A stretch of 64,000 bases of DNA from Cytophagaceae bacterium (lineage in GTDB: Bacteria; Bacteroidota; Bacteroidia; Cytophagales; Cytophagaceae): NCBI GenBank assembly GCA_046329235.1, contig JAXLVA010000001.1:2513409-2577408 (forward strand). Direction: 5' to 3'. Numbering within the stretch: the stretch's first letter is position 1; every line of letters starts with the position of its first letter. Below the pieces are notes generated by a model. The model searched no databases. It was not told the DNA's origin and saw only the letters and a list, made by a program, of their open reading frames with translations. A program made the position numbers and the translations under genes. This document shows, piece by piece, positions 9,591-19,800 of the stretch.

Positions 9591-12509
9591 TTACTTAATT
9601 ATTTTTAATGTTTCCATTTTACCGGAGGTGTATTGAAGAGTAACCAAATATACACCGGACGACCAAGAAGCAGTAGACACCACAGCACTTGCAAGGCCAA
9701 CAGCTTCATTGTAGATTTCACTACCGTCTATGCTAGTAATTTTAATGGTTTCAATGGTTTGTCCATTACCTACTATGTTTACTTCCCCTTGAACAGGGAC
9801 CGGGTATGCCATCGCTTTATTTTTCAAACTAGCTTCGTAAGTAGTAGGGATTGGCTTCATATATACAGTACTCTCATCATACGGATTTACCCGATCCTCT
9901 TCTAATCCCGTACTAGCCGTTCTTTGATATTGAGGCATACAAGCAGGATCATTAGTGATGTAAAATAAATTATATACTCGATTATTTAAGGAACGATAAA
10001 ACACATTTGGCTGTGAATATATAATGGAACCTTGTACTTGATCATAAAACGAAAGAGGTGTAGCTCTTATTACACCAAAATTACCTGTAGCAGTATAATC
10101 CGGCTTTCTGTAAATCTGATACATATTACCATTATAACCTGCATAGTAGATGGTATTTGTGCTTCTATTTATCTCTAATGCCCCCTTAGCACCAGATGCT
10201 ATACCACTTGACAACACGTTATCCGTAGTTTCAATTTGGAATAAGCCTGTAAAATTACCTTGATTATCAAACTTAGCGGTATATAAATCACCACTAGCCA
10301 CATAATACAGGTTACCATCCGAATCAATACGCATGTCCGTTACGGTGCTTACGTAATCATTGAAAGAGAATCCATTTAACTTTATTTCAGGAGAACCGGT
10401 TTGCATTTCCTTGTAGTATAATCCTCCATCATCTTTAAAATAAATGATCCGATTATTTTTAAAATCCATGTCGTATCTAATTCTACCCGGAGTGGCGTCT
10501 ACGAGTACTTTTAATGAACCTGCATCTATCTGTAAATTACCCAAATTGTCGATGCCGGCTTCTATACTTTGAATATTACGGGAAAATAAATCTCTCCATA
10601 CTATCTGGAACAAGGAACCACCTATAGCTCTTATTTGGTATCCATATTCATATTCTACCGGAGAAATTGTATTAAATGTGAATAGTGGGTTTAACAAGTT
10701 TGCGTTAACTCGCCCTGAGACCAAATCTATCATTGCACATTCCAAATTGCCTAATCGATTTACATAAAACAATAAATCATTTGATCCTATTCGAATGTAT
10801 TGTAGGGTATTATCTAATGATTGTTGAATAACATTATCTACACCTGAAGGTTTACTAACCCACTTTCCTATAGTATTATCAAATTCATAAAAGTAAACTC
10901 GCTTATCAATAGCATTTACAGTTTGTACATAATAAATTCTGTTCGCATTAGAGGCTTTTGCTAAGTTACTGTAAACCTGTGCATCCTGCTGCGGGTTAAT
11001 ATGTCCGCTTAACCAACCACTTACGGTAGGGTCTCCGGAGGTAACTCCTCCTGTAATATTAATTAAAGCATTATCCGTACTTAAACAACCACTGGCATCC
11101 CTCACTTGAACGGTAACAGATTTAGTACCAAACGTTCTTCCGTCTAAACTATTATTTATATTAGGAGACGAAGTTTGACTAGTAGCCAACACTCCGTCAC
11201 TGCTGGTCCACCAATTTAACTGATAAGGGGCTAACCCTCCTGTTATAGTAGGGATTAGGGTCACATTAGCAGAGCAAGAACTTTGATCCGTTAAACTTAC
11301 ATTAAGAGCAGAACCTGTTTGTAATCCTAATCGGATGGTTTGGACGCTTCCACAAGGCGTTGTAAAATTTACCAAAATATCCCCACCCGGTCCAAAATCA
11401 TATAAGTTATCCGATTTAATATAGAAATATCTTTGGTCGTTTCCTCTATATGTTCTTTGAAAGCGCCCTTGCACCGTACTAGTTGATATGGCAGATTTAC
11501 CTTGGTCTATCCATCCCGGGGGGAGAATGACTTCATAAGAAGTAGTAGAGGAAATATAAGGCTCAAAACTCAAATTAAAACCGTATTGCGCCTCGTTACA
11601 ACGCACAATATAGGTTCCGGAATTATTAATATCAGCCATTTTTAGTTGATTTACTCTTAATTCAGTAGTTGGTTCTGTAACATCAATAGTAATAGTTGAC
11701 GTAACCGCTGTTCCACAAGGATCTACTATTCTAAGAGTTACTAGTTTACTTCCTGGTGATCTAAATCCATTCACTAAGATGAAATTTCTATTTACAGCTG
11801 ACAAAGTTCTTGGATCAATATTACCGTCTTGCACTGTCCAAGAATAAAATGCTCCAGGTATGGATACCGTCTGAAATTGTAAAGTATTGTTATTACATCC
11901 ATTTACAGGAGTTTGAAAGTTTGCTTGAATTACAGGAGTTCCTACTAATGATTCTGAAACATTAACATTCAAATTACCCCCTCTACTGCCGCAAACACCT
12001 AAAAAACCAAGTGAAGTAGCATTTGAACTAATACTTGAGGTACCGGCTCTTTTGAAATTTACCGAAATATTTTCGGCTCCATCCCCGCCAGTAAAAATGA
12101 AATTAATTAATTGAATAACATTCGCATTAAATACTACTTGCCCGTTCGTTCTCACATTTATACTTCGATTGGCGCCAACCAAGACCCCATTAATAGTGGT
12201 AGTCGTATTAAATCTTAACTCAATGGCATTACCCCTATCATAAAATAAATACGTAAGGCTAGCGCTTGCTGGAATACCTAAGGTAGCTCTCAATTGTTGA
12301 ATATTGATTCCAGCTGCACTTGTTATATCTGGATCAGAAGACCCGGATACCGCCCATGAGATATTTTGATACCTATCATAATTGATAGTATAATTTGCTG
12401 ACCTCCCGGAACATGATATGTTTGGTCCTTCAACCCTAAATGTTCTACATTGTGCTATTGCATTATAACACAGTAACAACATGATTACATTAATAATTAT
12501 TTTTTTCAT
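9591..12509 (-). CDS. large T9SS type A CTD secreted surface protein
   Basis: The canonical signal peptide MKKIIINVIMLLLCYNAIAQ starts at the ATG at 12509-12507. The C-terminal ~75 aa (AYPVPVQGEVNIV ... ITSIDGSEIY ... SGVYLVTLQY ... TLKIIK) look like a Por_Secre_tail type A sorting domain. The ORF-track extension to 12683 only reads through the tandem repeat. Confidence 0.7.
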   Translation of the reverse strand: MKKIIINVIMLLLCYNAIAQCRTFRVEGPNISCSGRSANYTINYDRYQNISWAVSGSSDPDITSAAGINIQQLRATLGIPASASLTYLFYDRGNAIELRFNTTTTINGVLVGANRSINVRTNGQVVFNANVIQLINFIFTGGDGAENISVNFKRAGTSSISSNATSLGFLGVCGSRGGNLNVNVSESLVGTPVIQANFQTPVNGCNNNTLQFQTVSIPGAFYSWTVQDGNIDPRTLSAVNRNFILVNGFRSPGSKLVTLRIVDPCGTAVTSTITIDVTEPTTELRVNQLKMADINNSGTYIVRCNEAQYGFNLSFEPYISSTTSYEVILPPGWIDQGKSAISTSTVQGRFQRTYRGNDQRYFYIKSDNLYDFGPGGDILVNFTTPCGSVQTIRLGLQTGSALNVSLTDQSSCSANVTLIPTITGGLAPYQLNWWTSSDGVLATSQTSSPNINNSLDGRTFGTKSVTVQVRDASGCLSTDNALINITGGVTSGDPTVSGWLSGHINPQQDAQVYSNLAKASNANRIYYVQTVNAIDKRVYFYEFDNTIGKWVSKPSGVDNVIQQSLDNTLQYIRIGSNDLLFYVNRLGNLECAMIDLVSGRVNANLLNPLFTFNTISPVEYEYGYQIRAIGGSLFQIVWRDLFSRNIQSIEAGIDNLGNLQIDAGSLKVLVDATPGRIRYDMDFKNNRIIYFKDDGGLYYKEMQTGSPEIKLNGFSFNDYVSTVTDMRIDSDGNLYYVASGDLYTAKFDNQGNFTGLFQIETTDNVLSSGIASGAKGALEINRSTNTIYYAGYNGNMYQIYRKPDYTATGNFGVIRATPLSFYDQVQGSIIYSQPNVFYRSLNNRVYNLFYITNDPACMPQYQRTASTGLEEDRVNPYDESTVYMKPIPTTYEASLKNKAMAYPVPVQGEVNIVGNGQTIETIKITSIDGSEIYNEAVGLASAVVSTASWSSGVYLVTLQYTSGKMETLKIIK

Positions 12510-12510
12510 A

Positions 12511-12640
12511 AGAATTGAAAAGAATTGAAAAGAATTGAAAAGAATTGAAAAGAATTGAAAAGAATTGAAAAGAATTGAAAAGAATTGAAAAGAATTGAAA
12601 AGAATTGAAAAGAATTGAAAAGAATTGAAAAGAATTGAAA
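12511..12640. repeat. perfect tandem repeat, 13 x 10 bp (agaattgaaa)
   Basis: Counted directly: 13 identical units with no variant positions, starting 1 nt upstream of the ATG at 12509 (minus-strand gene). Confidence 0.98.
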
Positions 12641-12700
12641 TAATAGTTTTTTGTAAAATTAAATCAAAATATTGAATAAGCAAATAAAACTAAACTTCAT

Positions 12701-12708
12701 TATTTTTG
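12701..12708 (+). promoter_or_regulatory. candidate Bacteroidota -7 promoter box (TAnnTTTG)
   Basis: tatttttg lies 14 nt upstream of the vWA gene ATG and matches the TAnnTTTG consensus known for Bacteroidota sigma-A promoters. Confidence 0.3.
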
Positions 12709-12721
12709 TTTATTAGTTACT

Positions 12722-13816
12722 ATGCTCGGCTACAGATTCTCCAAATACATACCAAATAGTAATGAAGAAAAAGATTTTCCTTCTTTAAGGAAAATCTTTC
12801 TTCAATTATTACAATATACTAATGGAGATGTTGCAGAAGCTATTCAATGGCTCAATGAGTTGGATAAACAGTATCAACTTACCTCCGATAACTATGGTAT
12901 AGGTGACTTTATTGATGACCTTAAACGTGAAGGTTATATTTCAGACAATCCTGCTGAAGGTTCATTTCAGGTCACCTCCAAAACAGAACAAGCCATTCGC
13001 ACCTCTGCATTAGAGGAAATCTTTGGTAAACTAAAAAAATCATCTCCGGGTAATCATCGAAACAATAAATCAGGACAAGGCGACGACTTCAATGCCGATA
13101 TTCGAGCATTCCAATTTGGCGACAACCTTGATGCTATTGATATTACCGCATCCATTCATAATGCTCAAATTAATCATGGAATTGATCAATTCACTCTAAC
13201 AGACGATGATCTATCTGTAAAAGAAAAAGATCATCAATCACAGACGGCAACCGTTTTGATGATTGATATATCCCATTCCATGATACTTTATGGGGAAGAT
13301 CGTATCACTCCGGCTAAAAAAGTAGCCATGGCATTAGCTGAATTGATTCGTATCAAATACCCTAAAGACTCTTTGGATATCATTGTTTTTGGTGATGATG
13401 CCTGGCCGGTACAATTAAAAGATTTACCTTTTCTTCAAGTAGGTCCTTATCATACGAATACACTAGCAGGTCTAGAATTGGCGATGGATTTACTTCGCCG
13501 ACGGAAAACAAGAAACAAACAAATCTTTATGATTACCGATGGTAAACCAACTTGCATCAAAGAAAACGGACGCTATTACAAAAATAGTTTCGGACTGGAT
13601 CGCAAGGTGATTTCCAAAACAATGAACATGGCTCATCAGTGCCGTCGATTAAAAATTCCGATTACCACCTTCATGATTGCCGAAGATCCTTATCTACAAC
13701 AATTCGTTCGTGATTTTACGGAAGCTAACCAAGGGAAAGCTTTTTACAGTTCATTAAATGGCTTAGGAAATTTTGTGTTTGAAGATTTTGAACGCAATCG
13801 AAAAAAAACAATTTAA
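12722..13816 (+). CDS. von Willebrand factor A (vWA) domain protein
   Basis: 364 aa. A MIDAS-type DxSxS motif (MIDISHSM) and a downstream MITDGKPT block sit in the C-terminal half. The N-terminal ~170 aa are unassigned. Confidence 0.8.
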   Translation: MLGYRFSKYIPNSNEEKDFPSLRKIFLQLLQYTNGDVAEAIQWLNELDKQYQLTSDNYGIGDFIDDLKREGYISDNPAEGSFQVTSKTEQAIRTSALEEIFGKLKKSSPGNHRNNKSGQGDDFNADIRAFQFGDNLDAIDITASIHNAQINHGIDQFTLTDDDLSVKEKDHQSQTATVLMIDISHSMILYGEDRITPAKKVAMALAELIRIKYPKDSLDIIVFGDDAWPVQLKDLPFLQVGPYHTNTLAGLELAMDLLRRRKTRNKQIFMITDGKPTCIKENGRYYKNSFGLDRKVISKTMNMAHQCRRLKIPITTFMIAEDPYLQQFVRDFTEANQGKAFYSSLNGLGNFVFEDFERNRKKTI

Positions 13817-13840
13817 ACTCTTTCTTCTTTTTCTTACCAT

Positions 13841-15325
13841 ATGAAAACATTACCCAAAACATTAGGGGCCTTAAAAGCTTCCGGATATACTTCCAAAACC
13901 GTAAAAGAAGAAATGCGCGCGAACCTAATTCATGCATTACAAACCGGTACGAATCCATTCCCGGGAATACAGGGTTATGAAGATACAGTCATACCACAAC
14001 TACAAACAGCCATATTAGCTAAACACAATATACTTTTTTTAGGTTTACGTGGTCAAGCTAAAACACGTATGGCTCGCTTGATGGTAAATTTGCTGGATGA
14101 ATACATACCTTATATAACAGGAACGGAATTAAATGATGATCCTCTAAAACCGATCAGTAAACAAGGATTCGATTTAATTGATGAATTTGGTGATAAAACT
14201 CCCATCTCATGGTTACACCGCAAGGATCGCTATACCGAAAAACTAGCAACACCTGATGTTTCCGTTTCCGATTTGATTGGTGATATTGACCCCATCAAAG
14301 CGGCAACTTTAAAATTAAGTTATGCCGATGAGCGAGTAATCCACTATGGATTGATACCACGAGCTCATCGCGGTATTTTTGTTATTAATGAATTACCCGA
14401 CCTACAAGCCCGTATTCAAGTATCTCTTTTTAATATGTTACAAGAAGGTGATATCCAAATCCGAGGTTTCAAAGTTCGTCTTCCTTTGGATGTAAAATTT
14501 GTATTTACTGCTAATCCGGAAGATTATACGAATCGTGGTTCTATTATTACTCCTTTAAAAGACCGTATCGAATCACAAATTCTTACTCACTATCCTAAAA
14601 ATGTTCAGTTGTCTAAAACGATTACGGAACAGGAAACTCGTTGGTCAAAAGATCAACAAGAAAAAATCCATGTAGACGATTTAATTAAAGTATTGATTGA
14701 AGAAATTGCATTTCAAGCAAGAGAGAGTGAATACATCGATCAAAAAAGCGGAGTGTCAGCACGTATGACTATTTCTGCTATGGAAAATTTAATCAGTCAT
14801 TGCGAACGTCGACTTTTAATGAATCATGAGAAAACGACTTTCGCCCGAGTTTCTGATTTATATGCCGTAATCCCTGCCATTACCGGTAAGGTAGAATTAG
14901 TTTATGAAGGAGAGGTAGAGGGTATTGCTAACGTAGCTCAATATCTTGTCGGTAAAGCTATTCGTTCTGAATTTGACCAGCTATTTCCAAGCCCTGAAAA
15001 ATTAAAAAAGGGAAAGAAAAAAAATGTGTATGAAGGAATCATTCAATGGTTCAATGAAGGTAATAGCATTGATTTATTGCAAGACATGTCACAAAATACT
15101 TACCAGCAAACGTTACATAGCATTCCCGGATTAGCTGATTTGGTACAACAATATGTTCCCACTCATTCCAACGAACAAATGTTATTAATGATGGAATTTA
15201 TATTGTACGGACTAAGTGAACACTCGCAATTATCCAAACAATCACTAGACAGACAAATAAAATTCAAAGATCTTCTTGGCTCCATGTTCACGATGGGAGA
15301 TGATGAAGATCATTTAGAAAACTAA
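13841..15325 (+). CDS. AAA+ ATPase, ChlI/BchI (Mg-chelatase subunit I)-like
   Basis: 494 aa with a Walker A-like FLGLRGQAKT and a Walker B-like GIFVINELPD. Overall layout resembles ChlI-type AAA+ proteins that pair with vWA partners. It starts 24 nt after the vWA gene. Confidence 0.75.
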   Translation: MKTLPKTLGALKASGYTSKTVKEEMRANLIHALQTGTNPFPGIQGYEDTVIPQLQTAILAKHNILFLGLRGQAKTRMARLMVNLLDEYIPYITGTELNDDPLKPISKQGFDLIDEFGDKTPISWLHRKDRYTEKLATPDVSVSDLIGDIDPIKAATLKLSYADERVIHYGLIPRAHRGIFVINELPDLQARIQVSLFNMLQEGDIQIRGFKVRLPLDVKFVFTANPEDYTNRGSIITPLKDRIESQILTHYPKNVQLSKTITEQETRWSKDQQEKIHVDDLIKVLIEEIAFQARESEYIDQKSGVSARMTISAMENLISHCERRLLMNHEKTTFARVSDLYAVIPAITGKVELVYEGEVEGIANVAQYLVGKAIRSEFDQLFPSPEKLKKGKKKNVYEGIIQWFNEGNSIDLLQDMSQNTYQQTLHSIPGLADLVQQYVPTHSNEQMLLMMEFILYGLSEHSQLSKQSLDRQIKFKDLLGSMFTMGDDEDHLEN

Positions 15326-15429
15326 ATAGTTTTAAAATAACTTATTACAAATAAACTTTTTAACATGTATTCAAGCATGCGACTTGTTCGAACAAAAACA
15401 ACGTTGCTCATTTGAATCCCCCCTTTTCA

Positions 15430-15462
15430 AGAAGCCTTATTGTTTTTAATAATAAGGCTTCT
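15430..15462 (+). terminator. hairpin downstream of the AAA+ gene (no clear T-run)
   Basis: agaagccttatt / aataaggcttct form 12-bp arms with a 9-nt loop. Confidence 0.35.
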
Positions 15463-15649
15463 GCTTATATAATAAATACGGAAGGTGTTCATCCTATTGA
15501 AAAAAACACTATCTATGTCTCTTCAGAATTCATTCAGATTCTCTTCAAATTTACTTCACATTCCAGTAGTAGTTTTAAATTATTGATTCTCTTCAAAGCC
15601 AATAAAGAAAAGGCTTATGGGAATCTTCCATAAGATAAGTCTGTAAGAG

Positions 15650-15657
15650 TACCTTTG
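15650..15657 (+). promoter_or_regulatory. candidate -7 promoter box (TAnnTTTG) for the RND operon
   Basis: tacctttg lies 21 nt upstream of the ATG at 15678. Confidence 0.35.
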
Positions 15658-15677
15658 ATATTTAAAACGAACACACC

Positions 15678-16799
15678 ATGATAACTACAACACAAGTCCC
15701 TAAAGCAATATTGAAAGTTAAATACTTATTTCTGTTGGCAGGAATTGGCTCTTTGTTTTTTTTACAAGGTTGCCAAGCCCACAAAGAACATGAAGAAAAA
15801 CATGACAAGTATTTTGTTACAAGTCCAATTATCAAAGACACCTTCTCAACACGCGAATATGTATGTCAAATCAAGGCTATTCAACACATTGAGTTGCGAG
15901 CACTAGATAGAGGATATTTACAAGAGATTTATGTAGATGAAGGAAAGTTTGTTCCCAAAGGCACCTTAATGTTTCGCCTGCTCCCAATTCAATATCAAGC
16001 TGAACTTAGAAAAGCACAAGCAGAGGCTGATTACGCTCAAATAGAATATCAAAATGCCAAAATATTAGCTGATAGTAACGTTATCTCACCTATTCAATTA
16101 GCATTAGTGAAAGCTAAATTTGAAAAAGCGAATGCAGAGTTGTCCTATGCACAAGTACGCATGGGCTTTACAGAAATCAGAGCTCCTTTTAGTGGCTTGA
16201 TGGATCATTTCATAGTACGTCAAGGTAGTTTATTAGATGAAGGTGATTTATTAACTACCATGTCGGACATTAGCCAATTATGGATTTACTTCAATGTACC
16301 TGAAGCAGAATACATCGAATACAAAAAAGACCATCGCGATAATACTCCTATGAAAGTGCAATTGAGAATGGCTAACCATGAGATATATGATCAAGTAGGA
16401 GAAGTAAAAACGATTGAAGCAGACTTTAATAACCAGACCGGTAATATCGCCTTCCGTGCTACATTCCCAAATCCGGAAGGCCTATTACGCCACGGCGAAA
16501 CAGGTAATATCATTGTTACTCTTCCATTAAAGAAAGCAATGATTATTCCTCAAAAAGCAACGTTTGAAGTGTTAGATCAAAAATATGTTTATGTGATTGA
16601 TCACAACAATGTAGTAAAGTCAAGACGTGTAAATGTACTTGCTGAGTTGCCTGACCTGTACGTCATATCAGAAGGTTTACATCCTAATGACAAAATCTTA
16701 TTGGAAGGTCTGAGGAAGGTGCATGAAAATGATGTGATTGAATTCGCGTATCAGAAACCGGACGAAGTAATTGCCGGTTTAAAATTACACGCAGAGTAA
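15678..16799 (+). CDS. efflux RND transporter periplasmic adaptor subunit
   Basis: 373 aa with a lipoprotein signal (FFLQGC) and an HlyD/MFP-type coiled coil (AELRKAQAEADYAQIEYQNAK). It is the first gene of an adaptor-pump-OMF triad. Confidence 0.9.
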   Translation: MITTTQVPKAILKVKYLFLLAGIGSLFFLQGCQAHKEHEEKHDKYFVTSPIIKDTFSTREYVCQIKAIQHIELRALDRGYLQEIYVDEGKFVPKGTLMFRLLPIQYQAELRKAQAEADYAQIEYQNAKILADSNVISPIQLALVKAKFEKANAELSYAQVRMGFTEIRAPFSGLMDHFIVRQGSLLDEGDLLTTMSDISQLWIYFNVPEAEYIEYKKDHRDNTPMKVQLRMANHEIYDQVGEVKTIEADFNNQTGNIAFRATFPNPEGLLRHGETGNIIVTLPLKKAMIIPQKATFEVLDQKYVYVIDHNNVVKSRRVNVLAELPDLYVISEGLHPNDKILLEGLRKVHENDVIEFAYQKPDEVIAGLKLHAE

Positions 16800-16833
16800 A
16801 TAAAATCTTTCACCCTTCTAAATTATTACAGCC

Positions 16834-19800
16834 ATGTTTCAAACCTTCATACGAAGACCTGCACTTGCCATTGTAATTTCCTTGGTGATTGTGTTTGTAG
16901 GTCTCTTGTCGATACTTACATTACCTAAATCTCAATTCCCTTCCATCGCCCCTCCAATGGTGGTAGTGCGTTTATCCTATCCCGGAGCCAGTGGTAAAGT
17001 ACTTGTGAATTCCTCCTTGATAGCATTAGAACAAGCTATCAATGGTGTTCCCGGAATGAAATATATGTTCTCTACTGCTGCCAGCTCCGGGGATGCCAAC
17101 ATTCAAATTGTTTTTGAATTAGGCACCGACGCCAATGCCGCTTTAGTGAACGTAACGAACCGCGTACTTTCTGTTAAGAGTATGTTACCGGAACAAGTTC
17201 AGCTTGCCGGTGTTGTAGTACAGCCCGTTCAGCCAAGTATGTTGATGTATGTCAATTTATATAGTAAGGATACGGCTAACGCGGATATGAAATTCATATT
17301 TAACTACGCTTACATCAAAATGCTACCTGAGATACAACGTATTAACGGGGTGGCATTAGCACAGATCTTAGGAAGCCGCCAGTATGCGATGCGCGTTTGG
17401 TTAAATCCGGACAGAATGCGCGCATATAACATAGGTGCGGATGAAGTGACTAAAGCATTATACGAACAAAGTATCATTGCCACTCCCGGTCGTATTGGTC
17501 GCGCTGATGGTAAACGTTCTGAATCGATTGAGTATGTAGTTACCTACACCGATCGTTATGATGAGCCTTCTCAGTATGAAGACGTAATCATTAAAGCTAA
17601 TTCTAAAGGGGAAGTAGTACGATTAAAAGATGTAGCTACTGTTGAACTAGGAAGCACGAGTTATGATATCTATTCCAAAAAAGACGATTATCCTTCTGCT
17701 GCTATCTTACTTAACCAAACTTATGGTAGTAATGCAGATGAAGTTATCACAAATGTAAAAGCAAAGTTAGAGGAAATGAAAAAGGATTTTCCTCCGGGAA
17801 TGGAATACGATATCGATTATGACGTATCTACTTTCTTAGATGCTTCGATTGAAGAAGTAATTCATACTCTACGTGATGCCTTTATATTAGTAGCCTTAGT
17901 AGTATTTATATTCTTGGGCGACTGGAGATCTACATTAATACCAACCCTTGCGGTACCGGTATCTTTGATTGGTGCCTTCTTCGTGATGCAAGCATTTGGC
18001 TTAACGATTAACTTAATCACCTTATTCGCTTTAGTACTTGCTATTGGGGTTGTGGTGGATGATGCGATTGTAGTAGTTGAAGCTGTGCACGCCAAACTGG
18101 AAGAGAAGCCTCACTTGTCTATGTACCAAGCGGTAGTAGAAGTATTAGGTGAAATTAGTGGAGCTATTATCGCCATCACCTTGTTAATGGCATCTGTATT
18201 TATTCCGGTTGCCTTCATGAGTGGGCCGGTAGGTATCTTCTATCGCCAATTCTCTATCACCATGGCTTCTTCTATTATCATCTCCGGTATCGTAGCCTTA
18301 ACCTTAACACCGGTGTTATGTGCCATGATTTTAAAGAAACATGATCACTCACATCCGAAGAAAGCAAACTTGTTAACTAAATTCTTCGACGGCTTCAACC
18401 GCATGTTTGATAAGTTAACAGGTAAATATGCTTCTTTACTTCGTAAGATTGTCAATCGCAAAATGGTGACTTGGGGTATTCTACTTGCCTTTGCGCTTGG
18501 TACCGTTGGAGTATCATCCAATTTGCCATCCGGCTTTGTTCCGGGTGAAGACCAAGGGATGCTTTATGCCGTATTACAAACACCTCCGGGTTCTACCTTA
18601 GAAAGAACATTTGATGTAAGTAATCAATTACAAAAAATAGCAATGGAAGTTGAAGGTGTAAAATCCGTTTCTTCCTTAGCAGGTTATGAAGTGTTAACTC
18701 AAGGCCGCGGTTCTAACTCCGGTACATGTATGATTAACTTAAAACCATGGAATGACAGACATCACACGGCAACGGAAATTATCTATGAATTAGAAGAAAA
18801 AGTAAAAGAGATACCGGGTGCTAAAATAGAGTTCTTTGATCCGCCATCTGTACCAGGTTATGGTGCTGCCGGTGGTATCACACTACAGTTATTAGATAAA
18901 AATACGGACATCGATTATGAACGCTTAGGCAAAGTAACGGATGAGTTCATGAAAAAATTGGAAGAGCGAAAAGAGCTTACCGCTTTATTCACCTTCTACC
19001 GTACAGATTATCCTCAGTATGTCATGGAAATTGACAACAAGATAGCCATGCAGAAAGGTGTATCTATCAGTAAAGCGATGAACAACTTGAGTATCTTAAT
19101 TGGTAGTTCATTTGATCAAGGCTTTGTTAAATTTGGTCGCTTCTTCTGGGTGTTTGTACAAGCAGATCCTGCCTACCGTAGATTACCAACAGACATCTTA
19201 AATCTATATGTTAAGAGCGAAAGTGGAGAGATGGTTCCTTACTCTGCCTTCTTAACAATGAAAAAAGTGCAGGACATCTATGAGATTAACCGATTCAATA
19301 TGTACACTACGGCGTCCATTCGTTGTTCACCGGCAGCAGGTTATAGTAGTGGTGAGGCCATTAAAGCTATTCAAGAAGTAGCGGCAGCCACATTGCCTCA
19401 AGGATATGATATCGACTGGGCAGCTTTGACAAAAGATGAAGTAATTCGCTCCAGTGGTAATGAATCGATTTATATCTTCTTAATCGTACTTGCTTTCGTG
19501 TATTTAGTATTATCTGCACAATATGAAAGTTTCATCTTACCGTTATCGGTTATACTTTCTTTACCGGCAGGTATCTTCGGAGCACTGTTCTTTGTAAAGG
19601 TTATGGGATTAGCTAATGACATTTACGCGCAAGTCGCCCTAGTTATGCTTGTAGGTCTATTAGGTAAAAATGCTGTGTTGATTGTGGAGTTTGCCATACA
19701 AGAACGACTTGCCGGTAAAACCATATTCGAAGCAGCCATTAGCGGAGCTAAAGCACGATTCAGGCCTATCTTGATGACATCATTTGCCTTCATCGCCGGA

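Noticed and set aside
12511-12640. Possible CRISPR array (also considered for 32586-32683)
   Set aside because: The units are 10 bp and 7 bp, head to tail, with no spacers. No cas genes are present.
12510-12683. ORF-track N-terminal extension of the T9SS protein, translating the tandem repeat as (ILFNSFQFFS)4
   Set aside because: The repeat unit has no stop codon in any frame on this strand, so read-through from any upstream ATG is automatic. A textbook signal peptide begins at the internal Met (12509), and it would be buried by the extension.
15412-15633. 73-aa ORF between the AAA+ gene and the RND operon
   Set aside because: It has a non-ATG start, overlaps a hairpin, and the sequence has no recognisable features. 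The region more likely holds the terminator and promoter.
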